Translations under genes and position numbers: made by a program | Notes under the pieces: model-generated | Seen by the model: the letters and a program-made list of their open reading frames with translations, nothing else | What the model was told of the DNA's origin: nothing | Databases searched by the model: none | DNA from: Oscillospiraceae bacterium | GTDB taxonomy: Bacteria; Bacillota; Clostridia; Oscillospirales; Ruminococcaceae | Assembly (NCBI GenBank): GCA_017438745.1 | Contig: JAFRUS010000093.1 | Span: 3,794 to 67,793 of the forward strand | Length of the DNA stretch: 64,000 bases | Direction of reading: 5' to 3' | Shown: piece by piece, positions 28,160 through 35,718 of the stretch | How positions within the stretch are numbered: position 1 is the first letter of the stretch | Layout of the letters: each line of letters begins with the position of its first letter

Positions 28160-28310
28160 ACAATTAAATTGCAAGTTACAGTAAAGACCGGAAAATTTGT
28201 CTTTAACCGTAAGCCGTTATGTATCTGCAGCCTGAGAAAGGGCGTGCAGCGTGACGGTACCTGATGATACAGACAAACAGCATTTGAAAACAGAATAAGG
28301 AGAAACCACT

Positions 28311-31300
28311 ATGAGCATTTTTGCAAAAAGATTATCGTCGCTTAAGGCTGGTACAGGCATAAGACTCACAAGCAGCAGCGGCAGGTCGATAACAGGGATA
28401 ATTGAGGAAAATGACGGGGTTGAATCATTATCTGTAAAGATCACTTCACATGTTTGTCTGAAGTATTCACAGATCATTGAATTTGAAGAAAACGAGGAAA
28501 CAGGTTTTACAAATCAGCCATTTGTCCCTTCTGTATCATCACAGCCAGTAAACCCATACGGAGTACCGCAGCCGCAGCAGTATGCGATGCCATCGCCAGT
28601 GGCATACCAGTATGCTGTACCACAGCCTCTGATGGCTGCAGCATCGCAGTCGCTGGATGTAAGCCAGTCCGCAGTGCCGCAGTCACCGGCAGCAGATCAG
28701 AATGCAGTACTGCAGCCTCAGTGTGAAACACCATCTCCGGAAGCAGAGAACACTGCACAGGTAACACCGCCTGTTACTGAAGGAGCAGTTTCCGGATCAT
28801 CTGACGCAGTTCAGGATGAGAAATGTGAAGGTTCTGAGGCAAAGGATGAAGCATCTGTCGACAGCGCAGCAGAGATATCTGCCGAACCGGAAGAAAAAAA
28901 GCAGCCGGATAATACGATACATTCCGGAACGATGATAAAGTATGATTTCCATGAGGGCGAAGGCATCATCGCTGATGCGGACGGTGAGACTATCTGTTTC
29001 CTTTCAGATGACATTACTGAGGCATCCACAAAAAGAAAGATCAAGAAGATGTCACTGAACAATTTCAAGGAAATGGACCTTATGTACAAGGTAAAGATGA
29101 TGCGCGGCAAAAAATATGCCTATGACATAAGAAAGCCATATGATACGTCAGCTGATAACAGTGAAAAGGAAAAAACAAAGTCTGAGGTAAAAGTCAAGGT
29201 TTTACCGAAAGAAAACAGACTTGATCAGATCTATAATCTGATAAACTGCAAAAAACACAGGGAAGCGATAAATTCTGCAATGCTGCTGCTTTGCAGTGAA
29301 GATGCCGAAGAAGCTATGCGCATAATAATCGAGACATATCGCCATCTCGCAAAAAGTGATCCGGAGGACAAAAAGAGACTCCGTGAGTTTACTGACAGAT
29401 TCAGTGAGCGTAACTTCATGTCAGATAAAACTTATCAGTGCCTGAGCGATGCTTATTATTCACTTGAAGACTATCCGAAATGTATAGAGCTTCTGGACAG
29501 AATGCTTGAGTGTGCAGATCCGTCTGATGTTTCAGCTGCAGTCAACGCACATTACAGAAAGGCTGTATGTTATCGTGCGATGGATGATCACAGTTCTGCA
29601 GTAAAAGAGCTTGAAATCTGGTTCGATATAACTGACAGGCTCGGAAGTGACAGTTATGTTAATATGAAAAACAACAGCCTGTATGCTATGATCGCTGAAT
29701 CATATGCATATATCCGTGAATACAGAAAAGCTGAAAAGTATGCAGATCTTATGCCTGATTCATCAAGGAAAAAAACTACGTTAAGAAAAATCAACGAGCT
29801 GATGCGCAAGGAGAATGATCTGATACTCATCAGTGATTCTGAGGTATATGATCCGGCTTCCCGCAAAGCACTGGATGATGCATATGCCCTGTACCATGAT
29901 GTATACGGAACGGAAAACTTTGAACTTTCAGATGAAAAGGTTATTTCGAAGATAAGATGGTTCAGAAAAAATGATCTCTATGCACTGCTCACCTGGCTGA
30001 CTGCAGCTTCGCGTATTGCAGTTTCCGGAAACTATAATGACGCTTCAGTAAATGATCCGGATGTAACTGTATCGGAAGCAGTTCAGAGTATTGAAAAGGC
30101 TTTCAGTTACGCTTTTGATAATCCTTTGTCAGAATCAGAATGTATCTATAACAGCGGATACATTATCGGTGCTTTTGAAGCATCACACAGACTCATTCCG
30201 GTTTGCCATGACGGACTGCTGATCTCATCTGTTTTACGTACTATGTTTAACGCAGAACAGGATGATTATTATCTTGATGATCTTATCTGTGCAGCAGAAG
30301 TTACTGAGTTCGGACGTAAGTATGATGTGCTTACGAATCTTCTGAATACACTCAGAATATTTTACGATAACACTCAGATTTCGCTTGGAAGATGTATTGA
30401 AACAGATGAACAGGGAAATGTTGATGTTTGTCTGAATCTTAAAAACAGAAGCCTTATCAGGCAGTGGTATAATGGCGTATCAGACAATGTTAAGAACCAG
30501 CTCGAAGGTCTTATCCAGTCTGCTCATTCTGAGGAAGATGAAAGCGGATTCAACTGGGGTATTTACAGCATCGGATATACTGCGAAGGAGATACTTGACA
30601 GGCTTAACGGATGTTATGATGAAAAAGGCAGAAAGTATTTCTTTATAAGATTCCTTGAAAACGAAGAGGTGCTTCTTGACGATGATTTCCTTCCGGAGAT
30701 TTGCGGTACTTTCTGCGGCATTGAAAAAATGAATATTCTTTCACGTATCGAGCGCCATGTGGATACAGAAAGATTTACACTGAACGAAAGATTAAAGCAG
30801 CTTTTCAGCGAGCCGAAGGAAAAACATAATTTCAGAAGCGTAAGACTGATAAAGAAATATGCCAGCGATATTAAGGATAAGAAGCTGGAGAATAGTCCTG
30901 AGTTCGGCCATTATACTGAATGCATGTTCCATGATAAAAAATGCTTTATGACATGTCTGAGTGATTTTGAGCTTGATCTGGATCTTTACGAGAGCTGGGG
31001 AACGTTATCCGCTGAAAACGGTGATAAGAAAAAGATACTTGATCTTGTCCGTGTCTGGTTCAGAATAACTACTCTTACCAGCGATTTCGGATTTTTCAGA
31101 ACACTTCTTAGCTGCATAAGGGAACAGATAGAGATAAATGCCGAAGACCACGGCAATGAACTGATGAGCACACTGGTCGGACTAACTGTCAGTCAGGATC
31201 ATTCAGTTGGTGAAGATTCAAAGAACAGAATAGCGTCATATATAGAGCAGAAGAATTTCAAATCGGCTGAATTTCTTCTTGACTGCATACGAAGAAAAGA

Positions 31301-32849
31301 CACAGTTGCAGTTGAAGATTATTCTGCAGAGCCGTTTAGTTATTTTTCAGAATTCGTAAGCGAACATGCAAAGAACTACCGTCTTGTTTTCGGTACGGAG
31401 AAGAGCATGGGTGAAATAATAAAGCTCAATTCCGGAAAGCAAAACCTTGAAGATGCTTTAGTTTACTGCAGTAATAACCAGACTGAAGACAGTGTCAGAT
31501 CTGCAGGACTTATCAGAAACTGGATCTGGTCAGATGGCAAAGAAGGAGAAACCATATCAGCTATAGAAAAACTTATGAGCCTGATTGGATTTGATGTTTC
31601 AGAAGTCATAGCAGATCCTGAGACGGCAGATGATAAGCATTTCATGGTATACTGCCGCGACAGTGAAAAGACTGTTTCACATCCTGTTCCTGCATTCGGA
31701 TCAAAGACAGTTACAGACGGATTCCGCGTATTATGTCTTTACGGCAGAAACAAGACAAGTGATCTTATTCAGAGCTTTAAGGAAAATTCAGAACAGAAAC
31801 CGATCCCGACCCTGGTATTACTTGATTATACGCTCAACATGGAAGTCAGAAGGGAACTTGCAATGGCAATAAAGCAGGATGATAAGCTAAATAATGTTTT
31901 CCTCGTGGCTGACCGTGTGGTACTCTTCCATCTTGCAAGACACTATTCAGAAGAAACGATCTTAAAGCGTTTCCTTGCTGTGACAGTTCCGTTTTCAAAT
32001 TACCAGCCGTATGAGAATGTTTCAGGTAAGAAGCTTCCGCCGGAACTTATGACGGAAAGCGAACTTATGAAAGTTCAGGGTAACGGCGATATTACTGCTG
32101 CCGGTGAAAAACTCAGAGCAGAGGCTGTCCGTATCCTTACAGCACCGCTTGCCTATACAGGAATTCATCTGAGCGAAGAAATGCTCACAATGATCCTCTC
32201 TGAAACAGAATGCGATCCTGTCCGTGTACGCATGGGCGGAAAGAGCCTTGTTTCTGTACTCGGTAACAAAGACTATGCCGGATATGAAGAAACAGATACT
32301 CCGTATTACGAAGTAAGCAATGTGCATTATCTGAAAGCACTTTCCGTTCTGAAAGAAATGACAGAAAACTTCGCCGAAGAACCTGAGGAAGAAGAGATTG
32401 CCGAAGAACCGGTTGAAACTGAGAACGTCGAAGAATCATTTGAATCTGAGGCAGCTGAAGAATCCGAGGAAACAGAAAACGTCGAAGAAGAAATAGAATC
32501 TGAGGCAACTGAAGAATCAGAGGAAACAGAGAATGTCGATGAAGTGATTGAATCTGAGGCAACTGAAGAACCTGAGGAAACAGAGAATGTCGATGAAGTG
32601 ATTGAATCTGAGACAACTGAAGAATCAGAGGGAACAGAGTATGTTGAAGAAGCAATTGAATCTGAGACAGCTGAAGTTTCAGAGGAAACTGAAATCATCG
32701 AAGAATCAGATGAATCCGAGACAATTGAGTTTTCAGAAGAAACTGAGATAGCCGAAGAAGAGATTGAATTTTCATCAGAAGAAATCGCTGATTCAGAAAC
32801 TGATTTTCCGGAAGAGATTATGGCAGTAACAGAGGCAGGTGATTGCTGA
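28311..32849 (+). CDS. 1512-aa multidomain protein of unknown function (cold-shock/OB-like segment, TPR-like repeats, long helical region, acidic tandem-repeat tail)
   Basis: AAGGAG RBS 8 nt upstream. P/Q-rich linker at aa 65-200. HSGTMIKYDFHEGEGIIADADGETICFLSDDI (aa 203-235) is cold-shock-like. TPR-like helices at about aa 300-480. No GxxxxGK[ST] motif. The tail is six 54-bp repeats. Confidence 0.8.
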   Translation: MSIFAKRLSSLKAGTGIRLTSSSGRSITGIIEENDGVESLSVKITSHVCLKYSQIIEFEENEETGFTNQPFVPSVSSQPVNPYGVPQPQQYAMPSPVAYQYAVPQPLMAAASQSLDVSQSAVPQSPAADQNAVLQPQCETPSPEAENTAQVTPPVTEGAVSGSSDAVQDEKCEGSEAKDEASVDSAAEISAEPEEKKQPDNTIHSGTMIKYDFHEGEGIIADADGETICFLSDDITEASTKRKIKKMSLNNFKEMDLMYKVKMMRGKKYAYDIRKPYDTSADNSEKEKTKSEVKVKVLPKENRLDQIYNLINCKKHREAINSAMLLLCSEDAEEAMRIIIETYRHLAKSDPEDKKRLREFTDRFSERNFMSDKTYQCLSDAYYSLEDYPKCIELLDRMLECADPSDVSAAVNAHYRKAVCYRAMDDHSSAVKELEIWFDITDRLGSDSYVNMKNNSLYAMIAESYAYIREYRKAEKYADLMPDSSRKKTTLRKINELMRKENDLILISDSEVYDPASRKALDDAYALYHDVYGTENFELSDEKVISKIRWFRKNDLYALLTWLTAASRIAVSGNYNDASVNDPDVTVSEAVQSIEKAFSYAFDNPLSESECIYNSGYIIGAFEASHRLIPVCHDGLLISSVLRTMFNAEQDDYYLDDLICAAEVTEFGRKYDVLTNLLNTLRIFYDNTQISLGRCIETDEQGNVDVCLNLKNRSLIRQWYNGVSDNVKNQLEGLIQSAHSEEDESGFNWGIYSIGYTAKEILDRLNGCYDEKGRKYFFIRFLENEEVLLDDDFLPEICGTFCGIEKMNILSRIERHVDTERFTLNERLKQLFSEPKEKHNFRSVRLIKKYASDIKDKKLENSPEFGHYTECMFHDKKCFMTCLSDFELDLDLYESWGTLSAENGDKKKILDLVRVWFRITTLTSDFGFFRTLLSCIREQIEINAEDHGNELMSTLVGLTVSQDHSVGEDSKNRIASYIEQKNFKSAEFLLDCIRRKDTVAVEDYSAEPFSYFSEFVSEHAKNYRLVFGTEKSMGEIIKLNSGKQNLEDALVYCSNNQTEDSVRSAGLIRNWIWSDGKEGETISAIEKLMSLIGFDVSEVIADPETADDKHFMVYCRDSEKTVSHPVPAFGSKTVTDGFRVLCLYGRNKTSDLIQSFKENSEQKPIPTLVLLDYTLNMEVRRELAMAIKQDDKLNNVFLVADRVVLFHLARHYSEETILKRFLAVTVPFSNYQPYENVSGKKLPPELMTESELMKVQGNGDITAAGEKLRAEAVRILTAPLAYTGIHLSEEMLTMILSETECDPVRVRMGGKSLVSVLGNKDYAGYEETDTPYYEVSNVHYLKALSVLKEMTENFAEEPEEEEIAEEPVETENVEESFESEAAEESEETENVEEEIESEATEESEETENVDEVIESEATEEPEETENVDEVIESETTEESEGTEYVEEAIESETAEVSEETEIIEESDESETIEFSEETEIAEEEIEFSSEEIADSETDFPEEIMAVTEAGDC
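32388..32765 (+). repeat. In-frame 54-bp (18-aa) tandem repeat, about 6-7 units, encoding ESEATEESEETENVDEVI-type acidic units
   Basis: The gaatctgag unit starts at 32442, 32496, 32550, 32604, 32658 and 32712, an exact 54-nt spacing. Confidence 0.9.
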
Positions 32850-33895
32850 TGAAAACAGAAGAGATTTGGTGGACCAGACTCAGCAATTCAGTTCGTTTTC
32901 TTGAGGACGCCAGAGATGCTCTGTTAAGCGGCAGGTCGGTCGTAATGACTTTTCCGGACGAAGTCCCGTGGCAGGATGTTATGACCGACACCCTTGAACA
33001 GCATCTTTTTCCAATAACGGATGAACGTTCTTTTGAAGTGCATGATGTTTCCGAATCAGATGATGATCCGGGTCTGTATCTTTTCAATAATTTCTGCAGT
33101 GAGACCGAACGTGCAAAATACTGGCCTGCGACCCACGGAAGCTATGAAAAGTTTCTCGCGGCTAACGACAATGTAAGGCTCAATCGCCGTATAGTTTGTA
33201 TCACCGGACTCAGTGTGTTCAATACATCAAGATGGGTGAAAGCAGTAAACGAGTATCTTGCAGGCAGAAATTCAGATAAGAGGGGAATTTTCATTCTCGT
33301 TTCCCAGAAAGTAAAATCATACAGCACTGACTTCATGGAATGCTTTGATTTTGAAGAGTATGTCAGCGACTACGACTGCCGTATGCTATGCCTCACTCTG
33401 CTGTCTTCAGTAAAATGCAGCAGTAGCCGGAAACAGTATATTTCAGAGATAGCCGCTGGTATTGCCAAAAACGATGTTACAAAAGCCGGAATACTTGCAT
33501 CCGCCGGACTGCAGCTTGCTATGCATCCGTACGAAACTGCAAAATGGTTATACACTGAGAACGGCCTTTCAGATGAAAATCTTGAGAAGCACGTAAAATC
33601 TGCCGTCTGGTCCGCACAGATAAGACTTGTTTTCCCGGAAATCGAGGAGTTCAGAAGCGGGATGATATGCAGGTATGAAAAAAATTTTGAACGTTTTCTC
33701 CCTGTATCAAGCCTTCTCGGCGAGCAGATATACAGAGCCGATGATCTTGAAATAGGACACCTGTATATTCTATGTACCAATCACAAGGTGATAAACCAGC
33801 CTGAATACGAAAAACTGGTCTTAATGCGAAAATTCAGAAACCGCCTCGCCCACTGCGATGTTATTCCATATCCGGATCTCAACGCATGGCTGTAA
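32849..33895 (+). CDS. 348-aa protein with a C-terminal HEPN-like RNxxAH (Rx4H) motif; N-terminal alpha/beta domain unknown
   Basis: ATG 32849 shares its A with the upstream TGA (ctgATGa). AGGTGA RBS 7 nt upstream. FRNRLAH is encoded at 33833-53 (RNRLAH at 33836-33853). Confidence 0.7.
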   Translation: MKTEEIWWTRLSNSVRFLEDARDALLSGRSVVMTFPDEVPWQDVMTDTLEQHLFPITDERSFEVHDVSESDDDPGLYLFNNFCSETERAKYWPATHGSYEKFLAANDNVRLNRRIVCITGLSVFNTSRWVKAVNEYLAGRNSDKRGIFILVSQKVKSYSTDFMECFDFEEYVSDYDCRMLCLTLLSSVKCSSSRKQYISEIAAGIAKNDVTKAGILASAGLQLAMHPYETAKWLYTENGLSDENLEKHVKSAVWSAQIRLVFPEIEEFRSGMICRYEKNFERFLPVSSLLGEQIYRADDLEIGHLYILCTNHKVINQPEYEKLVLMRKFRNRLAHCDVIPYPDLNAWL

Positions 33896-33900
33896 AAATA

Positions 33901-33950
33901 TCCCCCGGAACGTTATCAAGTTTGATACGTTTCGGGGGATTGGTGTTTTC
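33901..33950 (+). terminator. Probable terminator of the two-gene cassette
   Basis: Stem tcccccggaacg / cgtttcggggga followed by ttggtgtttt. Confidence 0.55.
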
Positions 33951-33993
33951 TAGACTCAGAAAAAGGTAATGGCACCTCGAAGAAGCGTACATT

Positions 33994-34941
33994 TTAGTCC
34001 CACATACATTCTTCTAATCCGTAGAAAGCAATATAGGCCTCTATCAAAGAGTAAGTATAATCAGATAATTCTGCTTCTTCCATTATGTTTTGGTCTTTGT
34101 TATGCCTCCAGACATGCTTACAGCTCATAAGGACATAATACTCTGTTCCGTCAGGTGCAGTATATCTGTATTCAGGTAAACCGTCACAGGTTTCAGGTGA
34201 ATAGGATAATGATTCAAGCATCTTGGAAAAATTCTCAGGGCTTATACTCTCACCATACGGATGCTGTTCTGTAGGATCATATGGAATGTTAGGCAAATGT
34301 ATTTCTTTAACGATCTCTGTTACAGTAACTTCCGGTATCTGTGATTCAGCTGGAGTATCGGTAACAGTTTCGGTTACTGTACTGCGCTCTGTGGTGATAA
34401 CAGCAGGTGTATCATTATCTGATGTTTTCTTGTTATCCTTAGGCGGATCGGTTTCATTTTTCTGTTCTTTGATATCTTCTGAAATGTTCTGCATTGTACT
34501 GATTACGGCTTCTGAAGTAGTTTCAGAATTTGTTGTTTCAGATTCAGTTTGTACAGTGCTTTCAGAAACAGCGTTCGCTGTTGATGCTTCTGTAACAGTA
34601 TCATTTGAATCAGAAACAGATGGTTCTGTGACCGGTGAAGAAGTCTGCGTTTCAGAAACACTTACGATACTTAAATTTTCGTTATCTCTTTTCATTTTTA
34701 TGTTTGCGGCAAGAAATGCTGTACCGGTTATCAGAAGCAATGCAGCTGCGGAGGCCGCATATTTCACATATCTTCTGCCGGAATGCGTCTCTGTTCTGAT
34801 CGGATACTCTTCAGATACAATATTATTTTCATTTTCAGAATTATTCACTGAATTACCTTCAGTTGTTTTATAATTTTCCGCTTCATCCAGATATTCCGGA
34901 CGAATATCTGAAACCGCATTATAGATATCTTCTTTTTTCAT
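33994..34941 (-). CDS. Putative anti-sigma factor (single-pass membrane protein with an S/T/E-rich extracellular region)
   Basis: 315 aa. Overlaps the sigma factor gene by 4 nt. N-terminus DIYNAVSDIRPEYLDEA, then a TM segment AAALLLITGTAFLAA. Confidence 0.55.
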   Translation of the reverse strand: MKKEDIYNAVSDIRPEYLDEAENYKTTEGNSVNNSENENNIVSEEYPIRTETHSGRRYVKYAASAAALLLITGTAFLAANIKMKRDNENLSIVSVSETQTSSPVTEPSVSDSNDTVTEASTANAVSESTVQTESETTNSETTSEAVISTMQNISEDIKEQKNETDPPKDNKKTSDNDTPAVITTERSTVTETVTDTPAESQIPEVTVTEIVKEIHLPNIPYDPTEQHPYGESISPENFSKMLESLSYSPETCDGLPEYRYTAPDGTEYYVLMSCKHVWRHNKDQNIMEEAELSDYTYSLIEAYIAFYGLEECMWD

Positions 34942-35495
34942 AACATAACACCCTCTGCCTTCAAATAAGATTTTAATCCGTTTCGGAGTTTCATCATTCT
35001 CTGTGCCATCTGGTTTTCAGTACAGTTCATCACCAGCGCAAGATTTTTAACTGTTTCTCCGTAGTAGTATCTTTTGATAAACAGAATCCTGTCTTCTTTT
35101 GGAAGACTGCCAAGCCAGCAGTTTATCTTTTCAGAAAGTTCTTTCTGTTCAAGTGATTTCTGTACGTCCTGTCCGGATGGAATACAATCGGACAGTTCAT
35201 CAAGGATCGTTATTAATCCGTTATAGCGTTTTTTTGCGTGACTTGCTCTGTATTTATCTAAAGAAATATCTCTTACAAGTTTTCCGTAAAACGCTTTCAG
35301 TGATACCGGGATCAATGGCGGTATCCTGTTCCAGGCGGAAATCCATGTATCATTCAGACATTCTTCGACATCTTCTGAAACTGAAAGAATATTGGAAGCG
35401 ATCCTTGCACAGTATTTTCCGTATTTTTCTTTTGATTCTTTTATTGCATTTTCATCTCGCTTGATAAACAGTTCAATAATGCTCTGGTCATCCAT
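34938..35495 (-). CDS. RNA polymerase sigma-70 family (ECF-type) sigma factor
   Basis: Region 2 (DVEECLNDTWISAW) and region 4 HTH (ETVKNLALVMNCTENQMAQRMMKLR). GGAGGG RBS before ATG 35495. Confidence 0.8.
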   Translation of the reverse strand: MDDQSIIELFIKRDENAIKESKEKYGKYCARIASNILSVSEDVEECLNDTWISAWNRIPPLIPVSLKAFYGKLVRDISLDKYRASHAKKRYNGLITILDELSDCIPSGQDVQKSLEQKELSEKINCWLGSLPKEDRILFIKRYYYGETVKNLALVMNCTENQMAQRMMKLRNGLKSYLKAEGVML

Positions 35496-35718
35496 CTGCG
35501 CCCTCCGTTCTTCTGATTTAAAGGCCTTCACTTATATAGCCGCAAAACGAAATGAAATATTGAGGTGTTTTATAATTTTTTTTAGGGATTGATAAATGAA
35601 ATTACCTGTTGTATTAAAGTGAGAAGGAGCGAGCAGGAAGATATCTTTGCTACGGAAAAGGTAATGCCACCTCGAAGAGGTGGCATTGCTATGATAGTAC
35701 GCCGCAGGCGTACATTTT

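Noticed and set aside
32185-32698. Two overlapping minus-strand ORFs (156 aa and 123 aa) with striking internal repeats.
   Set aside because: They are the reverse-frame reading of the 54-bp acidic tandem repeat in the giant gene. The periodicity is inherited and there are no start signals.
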